In this document: one piece after another, positions 1 through 12,500 of the stretch
How positions within the stretch are numbered: the first letter of the stretch is position 1
Layout: each line of letters begins with the position of its first letter
Assembly (NCBI GenBank): GCA_002269645.1
Contig: NIVC01002124.1
Location: forward strand, 124,001 to 188,000
Length of the DNA stretch: 64,000 nt
Source: Macrostomum lignano
Taxonomy: Eukaryota
Direction: 5' to 3'
The notes under the pieces: generated by a model
The model's database searches: none
Told to the model about the DNA's origin: nothing
What the model saw: the letters and a program-made list of their open reading frames with translations, nothing else
Position numbers and translations under genes: made by a program

Positions 1-995
1 GTTCGCTTGCATCGAACGCAACACTTCAAAAGCACTGTTCAACCAGAGAGGCACGAATTGGGGTTCCGATGCGCCAAATTGCACACAGACATTCCTTGCG
101 TAAGCAGGTTGCATGCTTTGTCCTTGAATAATAAGATCCAGCAGAGTATCAGACGACTGCCGGTCCTGATGTCGTTGCCTACTCGCAGCAATTCGTAGTA
201 CATTAGGAGATGGCAACAACCGAATGTCCCCATCTGCTGCGATTTCTGCCCTTACCCGCGTGGCACTTGAAGAGCAAACTCTTTTGGCCAATTCAATACG
301 TCGCTCCCCACATAGAGGACGTGCCTTGGTAGCATGCTTAGTAGGATTCGTTTTGACTTCAAGCGAACAGAGCAACCTGTTTCCAGAGTGGAGCACTTTC
401 AAACGGAATAGGCCAGTGCAACCATCAACATTGCAGTAAACATCTGCAGATATGTAGCCTGCATTGTGCTTATGCCTGCGCATACACAGGGTGCACTTGA
501 GTGATGAAGAGAACGACAAAAGAACATAGTCATGCCAGCTCTTTTTCAGATTGCCACTACCATCGAAAACGTGGTCAATGTCAACGAAGCTTTGGTGTAA
601 TTGCGTTTCAGCTGTTGTACTGCTGGAAGACCTGAAATCAAAACGAAGAAGACGAAATTATAGATGACTATGTCAAAGTTATAAGAAAAGCCAAAGTAAG
701 AGCGCATCAAGAAAAGCAATACTTACGCTGTATTGCTCGGTATCTCACTCAAAGAATTTCCGGTGATGACAGCCTGAACTTCAGCGATGATATTGCTTCT
801 TCTGAATTTGTCATAGAGCCATCTGCGACTTGATTCGTTAGTGCCATCAAGACCAAGTAAATCAGCAAGTCTCTGAAGTATGCCATTCGCATTACGCCAA
901 GTAGGAATCCCAGCGGAAAACTCAGCAACATCAACCTGACCAGATACAATGACCTTCTTGATGTCTTCCAGGGTCACTGAACTAGTGAAATTCAT
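1..995 (-). CDS. Spliced ORF (exon 995..727, intron 726..632, exon 631..<1), probable MULE/NOF-FB-like transposase N-terminus; runs off the window edge
   Basis: ATG at 995; GTAAGT donor at 726 and ATTTCAG acceptor at 632 join in matching phase 2. Exon 2 is open for all 210 codons to position 1 (hand-translated; absent from the ORF track). It contains CTLCMRRHKH, YCNVDGC...H, RPLCGERR and LPSPNVLRIAAS, which resemble MULE/NOF-type transposase N-termini from recall (not searched). Confidence 0.5.
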
Positions 996-1051
996 GGTTG
1001 GTGACAATATCGACAATCACTTGAAGGGCCTGAAATGGAATAATCATAAAG

Positions 1052-1740
1052 GCAGATATTAACAAGAAACATGAAAAACATGAATTATCATGTTTATATG
1101 ATATACATTACTCAGATATGAAAGGACATGAGTGGAAGTAGCAGATATTGACAAGAAACATGAAAAACATGAATTATCATGTTTATATGATATACATTAC
1201 TCAGATATGAAAGGACATGAGTGGAAGTAGCAGATATTGACAAGAAACATGAAAAACATGAATTATCATGTTTATATGATATACATTACTCAGATATGAA
1301 AGGACATGAGTGGAAGTAGCAGATATTGACAAGAAACATGAAAAACATGAATTATCATGTTTATATGATATACATTACTCAGATATGAAAGGACATGAGT
1401 GGAAGTAGCAGATATTGACATGAAACATGAAAAACATGAATTATCATGTTTATATGATATACATTACTCAGATATGAAAGGACATGAGTGGAAGTAGCAG
1501 ATATTGACAAGAAACATGAAAAACATGAATTATCATGTTTATATGAGATTATTACTTAGATATGAAAGGACATGAGTGGAAGTAGCAGATATTGACAAGA
1601 AACATGAAAAACATGAATTATCATGTTTATATGATATACATTACTCAGATATGAAAGGACATGAGTGGAAGTAGCAGATATTGACAAGAAACATGAAAAA
1701 CATGAATTATCATGTTTATATGAGATTATTACTTAGATAT
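1052..1740. repeat. 89-bp tandem repeat, ~7.7 near-identical copies
   Basis: Unit gcagatattgacaagaaacatgaaaaacatg...ggaagta recurs at 1141, 1230, 1319 and onward. Confidence 0.95.
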
Positions 1741-3342
1741 AAAACTTAAAAAGGCACAAGTGGAACTAACATGGAAGCACTTGATGTTGAGTGTATATTA
1801 TACACAGAAACAGATTTTGTTTTTTGTGAATATGAGTTATCTATCAAATATATAATTTGGAGATTAATATAATTATTTTTGTTATTGATTTAAAGAATAT
1901 ATTACATTCTAGACTTGTAACTCAAACAATTATATTAAAAATGAGCCATAGCTATATGTATGTTAATTAAAAAAAGACTAAAAGTTTTGCCTATTGAACT
2001 TATTTTTTTCAAGTTAGCTAAGAATGAGTAAAAAAGAAGCATTCTAACTATATTGAAGCTAATGGTAATATTTAGCTTGTAAGGCCTAACATGTAAATAT
2101 AATAGAAACAGAAATAGAAAATAGAAAATAGATTGTAAATAGGCCCTAGCTACTAGAATTTTGTATTTTTAAATATCAATAGCTAGTCTAGCTATTAGGC
2201 CTAGTATTATTATTACTTTGTTAATTGTATAGAAAAGTGACAATAAAGTTGGATTTAATATAAAGCTCCTCTAGTTGCATGCATCATATTCTGAATAAAT
2301 TTGAGTCATACATGACATAATTCATAAGAAGGTGCATATGTAGAATTCTGTATGTATAGCCATAGCTAGCTATTATTGTTTGAAATATTAGTGTTACTGA
2401 GTGTTAATATACATAGGCATATATATAGATTATAGAATATATTGAGTGATTTGATTACAATCTTAAAGTGACAATTGTCATGCCAGTTTTTAATATTTCT
2501 AAAGGACACATACAATTACATATCCATCAACATGGACATTGTCACATTGATAGTAATTTATGAATTGGTCCATTAGTCTATTTAGTAGACAAGCTTTGCA
2601 ACAAGTTAGAATTTAATTTTTTACGATTGCAAAGTCGTAATCTCGACTGTAAGTCGTAATGACTGGTGTCTGAGTGACAATCAAGTTATTTCACTTCGCC
2701 ACTCAGTTGGAAATTGTGGGGCATGTACAGAAATTTACTTATACAGTAAAATTTTGACCCTGCTTCTTTTTACCGCATTGGGGCATTAGCCGCTAGTCAA
2801 GAAAATGGTTGGGGCACGCTTTTACCTATTGGAATGCTGAATTTCAAACTAAAGGTCACACTACTCTAAGAAATAAAAGCCAATGAACCAAAGTTTATTA
2901 TGCATATTAAAGATAAGACTTGCATCTAATTTTTTTCCATTTGGGGCACAATTATACTGCGCCAATACAGAGCAATTCTCTAGCCCCCTTCCAGCCGCCC
3001 TTCAGCCGCCCTAAAGCCAACTTTCACTGCCAGATTTTCATAGAAACAGCATCGACCATGCGAAACATGTTTTGGGGTAATCAATTAAGAGCATATGTGA
3101 TTCATTTTTATAAAAATTACACCTGGGGCACTCATTTAAAATTTCGGTGTGGCTGGAAGGCGGCTACGGACATGTCAGTGGCAAGGCAGTGATCTGACTG
3201 CCTGAGTTCACGAAAATTCTACTCGTGAGTTTCCTACGTGGAAGTTCTTAATTAAACTATAGAGCCGTGGCGTTTTGAACGGACAATATGGAGCTAGTAG
3301 TTGAGGTGTAAAATCTGTGGTCTGTATTCTGTCGGTTGGAAT

Positions 3343-3917
3343 TTAAGCACAGCGCACTGACGGAATCGAAGTACGGCATGCTGAAGCAATGTGGCTCTGT
3401 TTGCCACACTGCTTGCACGTCGCTTGGCGAAACTTGCATGAGGATCGCAGATGTCCGGGTTTACCGCAAGAATAGCCTTGTTTATGTGGATTGAATTTGA
3501 ACAGTGGCTTAGTAGAGGAAGCGGTCACCGTTGGACCTTGGACTTGCACTGGTTTGGTACTGTTCTGCTTCCTATGAAGCGGAATTCGGACGGCGGCAAT
3601 AGTGCGGGAAGCATATGAGTACTGTTTCGGAGAGCAGTGCGCCACGAACGGCGTCTTCAAGTGTGAGCTAGTCCTTTTTTAGCAATTTCTGCCGTAATGC
3701 TTGATCCGCAAGTTCGAAGATGAATTGCGACAGAATAAAACTAAGAGTCTCCACAAGTAAAAATGGCTGCAGAGCCGCAGGTAGCCAGGAACGCGGCCTT
3801 CGCGTCCTCATCGGTCCTCTTTGTAGCCGATAGGTAGCTGAACCTTTTAAACTATTGATCGACGTCAGGATATGACATTGGCATGTCGCCGAGCTTGCAT
3901 TCTAGTAAAGCCGCCAT
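3343..3917 (-). pseudogene. Degenerate Ty3/gypsy-type gag fragment
   Basis: Tandem zinc knuckles [14 protein letters not shown] and [14 protein letters not shown], preceded by FLATCGSAA and QFIFELADQALRQKLL gag-like segments interrupted by stops and frameshifts. Confidence 0.75.
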
Positions 3918-4090
3918 TTGAAAAGTCAGGATTGAGCTTTCAAATGGGGTCAGCACTTACATGCTGTTTTAATCATTGTCGTCGAGTTATAGGTTGGCTA
4001 AATGACCAACGAAGTATTTGTGCATTTTAGGAGATGGATTTATCAAGTCACGCTTATATATACTTGCATAACAATAAAGACGCCAACTTA

Positions 4091-4348
4091 AAGGTCGGGG
4101 GTTCGATTCTCCACCAACTTGGAACAATTTGTGTCCTTGAGCAAGACACTTAATTTTGCATTACTTTAGTTCACCCAGCTGTAAAATGGGTGCCAGCATT
4201 AGCTGGGGTAATTGAGGGTGTGTGGCGACCCCCCAGTCCTTGGACTGAACAGTCGTAAGCAGCCTTTAGATGCGCCGCGCAATAGCTGCGGCTGAGCTGT
4301 CGGTTGCACATCTGCCCGCTAAGGCAGATGTAATCAATTACGCTCGTA

Positions 4349-4389
<41 letters not shown>

Positions 4390-4402
4390 ATTATTATTAT
4401 TA
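4091..4402 (+). mobile_element. tRNA-derived SINE with CORE-like central domain and (ATT)n tail, 5'-truncated
   Basis: B-box GGTTCGATTC at ~4100, then TGTGTCCTTGAGCAAGACACTTAA...CACCCAGCTGTAAAATGGG (similar to the CORE-SINE consensus), ending in (ATT)n at 4351-4402. Confidence 0.7.
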
Positions 4403-5201
4403 TAACAACAAAAAGGAAGTGCCTTACAAATATATTACGAAGAATAGCGTGCAACTGAACGACTGCGTCAGAGCTAACGCTCATGGGCATACAACTTAAA
4501 AGTCTATACACAACACCTGTGACCGTGCTTTGTAACCCCTAACTTTTTCTCTTGAATCTTATATAGACCCAATTTATCAGCTCCGCCGCAAAGTTGAACA
4601 CATCGACAGAGCATCACAGCTATATAGATCATCAACACTAAGCCAAGGGGACCTTAAAAACAGAACCCTCGTTTTGAGGTCACTGAAGCTGGTACCTAAA
4701 GCTCCTGGCTCTGGGTCTCTTTGCCCTGGTGTGGGTAGAGTTCCGCGCAGCTGCCAGCTGTCTAGCGGACCACAGTTTTTCCCGAGTAAAATCACTGTTT
4801 CAGTTTAAAATAGATAAATATGGAGAGTGCGTCAGCCTCAACCAAAGCTGCGACGATAAATATAAACACAGAATAGTTTGGATTTTGGAACTCTCGCCGG
4901 TCGAAGCTTCCCGTGGCTTTTTTCAAGTGAAAAGTGTTTTGCTTGAAATTGGCAAAAAGCGACAGTATTGGCACTAATAGTACAAATAAGGAAATTAAAC
5001 TACTTGGTGTATCCATTTTATAAAAGCTATTTTCAATAACTTAGTACCATATTAGCAGTCGTAGAAGATTAAAGACAGTCAGAGACAGGCATGCATAAGG
5101 TGATGTGGAGAAGTAGCGAGGCGATCGAGAAAGTGTGGGAAGAGATGGGGATAGGTGCGTCTACGAGATTTACCTCTTAAAGGGGCAACAACTACAAAAT
5201 A

Positions 5202-5742
5202 GGCGCCAGCTACAGAGGGCGTCAGCTACAGAGGGGGCGCCAGCTACAGATGGCGGCAGCTACAGAGGGCGCCAGCTACAGAGGGGGCGGCAGCTACAGA
5301 GGGCGGCAGCTACAGAGGGGGCGCCAGCTACAGATGGCGGCAGCTACAGAGGGCGCCAGCTACAGAGGGGGCGCCAGTTACGGAGGGGCGCCAGCTACAG
5401 AGGGCGTCAGCTACAGAGGGCGCCAGCTACAGAGGGGGCGCCAACTACGGAGGGGGCGACAGCTACAGAGGGGCGCCAGCTACAGAGGGGGCGCCAGTTA
5501 CGGAGGGGCGCCAGCTACAGAGGGCGCGACAGCTACAGAGGGGGCGCCAGCTACAGAGGGGGCGCCAGCTACGTAGGGGCGCCAGCTAAAGAGGGCGTAG
5601 GCTACAGAGGGGCGCCAGCTACAGAGGGGGCGCCAGCTAGAGGGCTTAAGCTACAGAGGGGCGCCAGCTACAGAGGGGGCGCCAGCTACGGAGGGGCGCC
5701 AACTACAGAGGGGGCGCCAGCTACGGATTGGCGCCAGCTACA
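5202..5742. repeat. 17-19-bp GC-rich minisatellite (gggggcgccagctacaga)
   Basis: Direct inspection; it produces the repetitive ORFs 5135..5767 and 5250..5576. Confidence 0.95.
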
Positions 5743-6469
5743 AAGGTTCAATTATGACTGCTGCTGAATGCTGCGCAGCAACGAGCTGCTTGTCTGCGAG
5801 TGCGCAATGACTAAACCTCTTCAGAAGATATTCAGGCGAAAAATCTCCCGCGGGTAAAGCTTGGTGGGCAAGTCTCGTGGCTACCAGAGGCACGAGAGAA
5901 AAAGAGAGGTAGAGGAAAGAGTACAGAGGAGTAGAGAAGAGGAACATAGGGGACATGCAAGGTGGTAAAAAAGGTGCGATTGAAGCGCGCTACAAACCGA
6001 CAAATTCGGCAAAAAGTCACGCGTCGGGGTTCCAAACAACAATGCTTCGGGCCGGACAATCAATATTTGCAAAGGGGATATATTGGTGCCGCTGCGAATT
6101 GTAAACAAGCCTAAAGACGTCGGATAGTAGCCAGAAAATTGCTTCTGGTCAAAAAAGCATGCTCAGGCTAGAGGGAAAGAAAGCAACTGCGCAGATAAGA
6201 CTTATCTCTGCTAGGTACAAGAAGTGTCGGGAGGCTGGGCAAAGTGGCGACCACTCAGCTATTTAATAAAGCGGGTAAAGCTGACTCGCTTTCCAGATTA
6301 ACATTCGTTGAACTGACGCGGTTTTTTACCTAAAGCAGGAGGCCGCACCATGAACTCAAGCGAATTTCTAGTAGCAAAAACTAAAGGTAAGTTCGACATT
6401 CTTAGGGGTTGATAGTGACATTAGCTAGAGACCGATTTACCAGAGTGAAGTGACAATAATATTATTTAC

Positions 6470-6671
6470 CGACAAGCTGAGGGTGCCGCGCACGCCAAGC
6501 ACAATGCATTTCCGCTCGTCATCTCTGGCCAGGTAAAACGCAGCCTGATTAACTTCGGCCCTGAAGTCGTAATAGAGAATCTGGGCCTCGGTTAAGCCAG
6601 TCTGGTGAATAACGGCGGCCAGGTCGCAGCCCCAGATACCGGTGCGATTGTGCCGGCAACAGGAGCAGGGA
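6470..6671 (-). CDS. DAGL: Diacylglycerol lipase (DAGLA/B-like) coding exon 4
   Basis: PCSCCRH...AFYLARDDERKCIVLGVRGTLSLS matches the lipase class 3 'FYVAVDH..K.VVISIRGTLS' segment. Acceptor TTGCAG at 6672 (phase 2, matching exon 3); donor GTAAAT at 6469. Confidence 0.9.
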
Positions 6672-7342
6672 CTGCAAGGATGGGGAGAAAAGTTGTTTGA
6701 AATTACAATTGCTGTGCTCAAATTAAGCAAAGCGAGCTAAATTTTATTCCTCAAATAAGACTTTTTAAAGTTCAAATTAACAGCCTTCAAAACTTTTTGA
6801 GGTATTCAATAATTAATTTTGGCAATATCAGGTCTACACATCTTCAATATTACGTGTTTGCGATGTTCAATTCGTGTGCAGAAAAAATCTATATCAACGA
6901 AAGAAATTTTAGTCGTTGGTAGCTCTCGTTATGCATGAGAGAAGCTTTTAATTGGTTTTGAAGCAAGCAAACAAGCTTGAAGAAGCAGTAAAAACAATTT
7001 TGTTATGCTCTACAAATGTTTTGTATATTTTGTCTATAAAAATAGGAATAATTCATGAGCAACTTCGGGGGGCACAGAGTGCAACAAAAGTAAAATTAGA
7101 AAGCACATTAATCCTCGTACGCCTTAAGCAGGGCAATATGATGGCTTTAAGCTATAAAAACTTCAAGCTGAGTTTGAGCCAACTCAATCTTGCATTAATA
7201 ACTTAGATAATCGGGTGGCCGAAAAATGGCCTGGTTACTGTTAGCTGTTTTGAACCATAAAATTTAATCATATTCGGTAATAAAAACGCATCGCCTGTGA
7301 TCCCCACCCACAGCAGCAAACCAAACAACCCCGGTCGTTCGC

Positions 7343-8542
7343 ATGTCGAGTTTATGCCTCAATATTTGGTTAGGATTGAACTGCACGCTTGTGGTATTAG
7401 TTCTGTTAAGCAATAGCGCCATACTTCACGTGGTGCATCGGAACAGAAATTTGCACACTACAGCCTATGCATTCATTTGCAACTTGGCCGTTTGCGATAT
7501 GTGCTATGGACTCGGCATTGCATTCTTCACCATCACCGTGTACTATCCAAGCCTGGCCGAAAGCTTTATAGCCTGCCGATTTGCACTTGTCGCATTCTAC
7601 GGATCGATCGGCTTTGCCACTGTTGGTATAGCACTGATCTCTGTTGAGCGTTGCATCGCGATAAAATGTGCAATTCATTACAATCGACTGCTAACCAGAG
7701 GCCGAGTGGCCCTACTAATAGGAGCATCCCCAACTCTGTTCGTAGCCCTGGTGGCGGGAATTGTGTTTGGCTCAGCGACAAAAATGACTCCTAATAGCGT
7801 CTGCGTGACGCGTGAGGTTCTACCAAGCTGGGCTATCGCACTGGCCTCCGCCTGCGTCATGGCGACACAACTAGCGTCAACGGCCTGTTACGTTGTAGTT
7901 TACCTGGTGGCCAGGAAGCAACGAAATCGCATCAGTCAGGAGTTGAACTACCTAAGACGGTTAGCAGCAATGTCGGCACCTGCAGCTGCGCGTGGCAGAA
8001 GTTATAAACGTGAGATGTACCGTCGACAGAGCTGGAGATTAACCGTCACAGTTGGCATCGTCCTGCTAGTGTTCTACGCATTTTGGGCGCCAACCTGGCT
8101 TATACAGCTGCTGCGTATCAAACATATTGACAATGAACTAACGCTAACGTTGGCTTACTTCAGCAGCAGCTACTCGACCATAAATAGCATAGCAAACATC
8201 TTCATTTACAGTTTCAAGACTAAAGAATTTCGCGAGTCGGCAAAGCGCACGTTTCTGGGCGTATTATTTAGCGACAGTCTGAAGAACAGTGACAAGAATA
8301 CGAATGGTTGGAGTCTAAGACGAGATACTGCGGCAGGTCTCACAACCGTCGGGCCGACAAGCTGGGCAGTGTTTGCTATTAGCTATGAAGCTGGCACGGC
8401 TGCCACCGCGGCTGCAGCAGCAGCCACTGCCCAAACCGAAGCGTGGCAATCAAGCGGACCAAGCTCTTCAAATGAGGTAGCCACCGGGGAGGCTACCGAT
8501 ATGATTAAACTTGCACAAAAACCATTGGGCATTGGGGCTTGA
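7343..8542 (+). CDS. Intronless rhodopsin-family (class A) GPCR, 399 aa, nested antisense in DAGL intron 3
   Basis: Seven hydrophobic segments with NLAVCD (TM2), ISVERCIAI (DRY equivalent), FWAP (TM6) and NSIANIFIYSFKTKEFR (TM7/helix 8). Confidence 0.92.
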   Translation: MSSLCLNIWLGLNCTLVVLVLLSNSAILHVVHRNRNLHTTAYAFICNLAVCDMCYGLGIAFFTITVYYPSLAESFIACRFALVAFYGSIGFATVGIALISVERCIAIKCAIHYNRLLTRGRVALLIGASPTLFVALVAGIVFGSATKMTPNSVCVTREVLPSWAIALASACVMATQLASTACYVVVYLVARKQRNRISQELNYLRRLAAMSAPAAARGRSYKREMYRRQSWRLTVTVGIVLLVFYAFWAPTWLIQLLRIKHIDNELTLTLAYFSSSYSTINSIANIFIYSFKTKEFRESAKRTFLGVLFSDSLKNSDKNTNGWSLRRDTAAGLTTVGPTSWAVFAISYEAGTAATAAAAAATAQTEAWQSSGPSSSNEVATGEATDMIKLAQKPLGIGA

Positions 8543-9774
8543 AAAGCCAATTAACACCTCGACTTGTAATCCTTCAAGCCATGGCTAAAATGTGTTTCTA
8601 ATCTATGTTGCTTTATTAAGAGTTTTATGAATGAGGTATTTTACTGCTAAATGAAAAGTTGAAACGCTTATCTCAAAATTCTTACTTTGTAATTGCTGGT
8701 ACTAATTACAAAAATTCACAACAAAGAACAAATTTAATAGCGTATCGTTTGCTTTGTGCATCAAATGTCTGACAAATAAGAAATTACGAGTAATTTAAAC
8801 ACGTTTTTAGAGTCTTAATACACTTGTATCATGTTACAAGAACGCCTTAGATTCGTTTTCGGGGATAAAGGCCAGCTGTTGCTGACTGTCAAGCTGATAG
8901 GAAGGTGAAATTCAATAAGAGCATCTATTTTTGCTCCAGGATTGTCTTATGTATATTAAGACTCAGAGGGCAGACCCCTTGTGCGCACGCGCTAGCAGAA
9001 CAGGCAGAAGGGGCAGACAGCAGCAGCCTGAGGGGTCTTTCCTTGCCAATCATTGGCTTGGAATGTTTTAAAAGCCAGGCGATACGATACGTATCTTTCA
9101 AGAGTTCGCTAAGTTGGCCAACTCAAAATGCCTTAATGTCAATCTGCCGGTATTTTTTCGACAAGGCTTCAAATGGAACTCTCGTGCCCATTGTGTCGCC
9201 AAGGAATAGAGGAGCAATTTGTTGACCACTTTTTGAGTCACTTTTTTAACGTGACGCTTGTTTATCTTCTGAACTCAATTCTTAAGCAGTTGTGAAATAT
9301 ATACCGTGTGGTAGGGGACAAAAATAGGCATCGATTGCCTATGGAATATACCAGTCAGATAACAGATTTTATCCATTGCTTTGTTTTTCACTTTTACCTC
9401 ATGCGGCCACGCAGTTTGTAAACCTCATTTAGTTTTTTTTCAAGTAGCATAGACAGTCTTTAGTCATAGACATTAAGTGCTGGCTTCATGCGGTAAAAAT
9501 TAGTGATAGACTGTTAACGCACGAAGGAACCAATCGATAGATAATTGATTTATGGGCGATGCGTTCTTCCTATTTTAGCCATAGACATAGATGGATTGGA
9601 ATTTACTGTAAGGCTAGGAGGGGGAAGACAGCTTGACAGGAGATCTCACACGAAGCTAGAGTTTTACCATAGACTAAGACTATAAGAGATTATAAGAGCG
9701 GTGATTTAAAGTTTGGGTTGGGTCAGAAAGACGAGACGAGAAAGACAGGAGCCAAAAATGTCTCGAACCACTAG

Positions 9775-9877
9775 ACTTATTGAACTCTCTAAATTTTCAA
9801 ATGAAATGATTTCGGGTTAATTCGGATAAACTTGACTTATTAAACTCTCTAAATTTTCAAATGAAATGATTTCGGGT
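9775..9877. repeat. Local ~60-bp-period tandem duplication
   Basis: acttatt(g/a)aactctctaaattttcaaatgaaatgatttcgggt occurs at ~9775 and ~9835. Confidence 0.8.
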
Positions 9878-10464
9878 CTTTTATGGCTACGGAGACCTCT
9901 CCAAGTTGGACCTCTTTCGGAAGTTTGTTTCTGCATATCCGGCCATGACCTGACCTGAAGGACCTGACAAGAGTTGTTTCATCCAACGTTAACAATTTCC
10001 ACGGACAGGTCAGTAACTGAAAACTTAGCAAGATCTGAACGACGCCACGTCCGTCAGGTGTGTGACACTAAGTATCATCCTTATGTACTGTTTTTTGCCA
10101 TAAAAACTGCTTCGTTTTGTTATCAGACTACATGTCTGTGCTCGTTTTATTGTATGAAATTATGTTTTAAACAAAATTGAAAAGTTTAAATTCGTGCGAA
10201 AATTTACCGCACGATCGCGTTATGGTGAAAGTCGGCTTTTTGGCCATAGACAATGGATAGTAGAGGTCTTTTGAGAAGACTTGGCCATATTTAAATGTTT
10301 AATTTCATACGAGCGTAGCTATTTTGAAAACACTTAACAGCCACTTTTACGTTTTTATATTGTTTTTTAACTGGCAGCATAACAAACAACCCGTTGTAAA
10401 TTTTGCTTGAGCGATTTATTAGTTTATCGTACATTTCAGGCTAGTGTTGTATGTGTTGTATGAG

Positions 10465-10475
10465 TTATATATATG

Positions 10476-10509
<34 letters not shown>

Positions 10510-10550
10510 ATATGTATATATTTATATGTATATATATGTATATATGTATG
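10465..10550. repeat. (AT)n/(ATGT) microsatellite
   Basis: Direct inspection. Confidence 0.9.
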
Positions 10551-11449
10551 AGTGTTGTATGAGTTACTCTATATCCCCGCCGAACCCCCCCCCCCAAATC
10601 ATTTACTATTCATGTCGAGCAGGAGTTATTGCGGGAGTTGCTGAAAAATAAGGACTTGGGCACTTTCGAATTTCGTGATAGGCCGCAACTTTCAAGTAAC
10701 TTATTGAGAAAGTGCTGCCTGCCGAAGAAAAACAAACAAAATAAGCGTCAAAATAACGAGCACTATGGTTGATTCGAATAGGATCCAAAATCGGAGTACT
10801 TTATTTATGCTTTTGGAGTATACTTTTTAGATAACTTAGAGTTAATGACTATTTTTATTGTCTTCTTTATTTTTATGAATCGCCTTTTACTATCATTTAA
10901 AGTTGTTCCAACCGAAGTAAAAAGCCGACATGTAAAAGCAAACTAGTCACGGACAGAGCATAGATTTGCCTGCAAGATGGCGCAAAACAGTTTTTAGGAG
11001 GAACAAAGATAAGCCAAATCCTCTAGCCAACGGAAGATCAGAAAAAGACCGAGCGGAAGAAGGGAACAGCTAATCTTCTTTTTCCCATTAGGTGTCTTGT
11101 CTATTTGGAGATTATTATATACCTCTACTGCTCGCAAAGTCAGACAGCAGGTACCGGCCGCGGCCGGTAATTACCTGGCAGCAGAAGCAGTCATATTGAA
11201 CGAGCGACTGCAATTAAGTACGCAACTGAGCCTGGCTAATTGCGCGACCGGGAAAGTTCTCGCATAGGAAGGAAATAATTCCACAGAGCCAGCCGCCAAT
11301 TTTTTTGCATTGATTTGAACAAGCCGATTCCAGAACAAAAAAGGAATTATAAGAATGAACAAGGTTTGTAACACTTGCCATATCATCAGGAAACTAATTA
11401 TGGTAGCAGTAAAAGTGCAATCAGTCAGACTTGTGCAATAGAAGCCAAA

Positions 11450-12500
11450 TAAAGGTGGAAATACACCCGGTATTACTTGTAGATCTGCACATCATATGCA
11501 TATTTACAATAGTAGTCTGTTTATAATAAGTTACTAATCATATATTGAAGTTGAAATGTGGAAAAGGGTGCCATTGCGAGCGTGGTGTGCTTACGCAAAC
11601 GGGTTACATAAGCCGAAATAGAAATCCCTTAGTCCTAAAATCCCGAAAAATACACGATCCTGCAAATAACGTCTATCCTGGCTAGCGATACAATATTTAT
11701 AATTATTTAAGCCTCCCTTCCAAGCTTCCATCGATCAGCTACACACTACATTAGCAGACTCAGTAGAGTTTCGGCGGGAGCCAAAAAAAGGTTACTTTCT
11801 AGCGCAGTCAACATGCAGCCAATTAGTTTTCGCTTTGTATAGCAAAAAATAATGAACGGCGCAGGCTATATCAACTAAAAACTGCTTGCGTTCATCAATC
11901 TGCAAGAAGTCTGATCTTTTCTGATAGAAAGCATGAACAAATAGGCGGCGACGGCTTGGTGCTTATTGAAGTGAGTCCTGAAAGTGCAGCAGCTGCGCGT
12001 TATATTACTATTCTGTACATCAAAACTAAGATCGTAGTACATATCTTTCTAGTGATCATTTCGGTAAGAATTCTTGAGAATTCAAGAGTCCCTAGGGTGG
12101 ATGCACTTAAGTAACCCTGCACTTCTCCCTACGAGTCCCATTACTACAAAAACATTGCACGAAGGCGGTTTTACTAATACCGGCCAGCATATCGTCCAAC
12201 TAGCCCACACAGAATTAATCACATTCACGGTAGGGGCCTATGGGAGAGCAAAAACTGACTAAACAGACTGCTAGACGCGTCAATTCTGTTAACGTTTGCT
12301 TTGCCTCTACTGCTATTCTGAGGCAAGACCAGCTAAACTAGATTGCGTACCAGCTAGTTGTTATGTCCACATGCAGACACGGCTGAAGAAGTAAAGCAAA
12401 AAACAAAGATCGTAAATTCGGTTACAACCTGAGCTATAACAGTAAAGACTATCCAAAAACGTAACTCTTTACGAAAGGAGGTCTTCATTTATCTTATTGT
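11450..12500 (+). pseudogene. Highly degenerate non-LTR (LINE, RTE-like) reverse transcriptase remnant
   Basis: Motif relics occur in the correct order across frameshifts: MWKRVPLRAW, DPAN(YRP), LLAFINLQEV, YITILYIKTK, LSNPALL, KQKTKIV, EVFIYL. Confidence 0.5.

Noticed and set aside
4091-4130. tRNA gene
   Set aside because: Only a B-box is present, with no A-box or cloverleaf; downstream CORE-like sequence and an (ATT)n tail indicate a SINE.
11030-11430. Histone H2A-like 'YLAA' fragment
   Set aside because: The match is four residues; the surrounding frame lacks H2A motifs, and the region fits the upstream part of a decayed LINE better.
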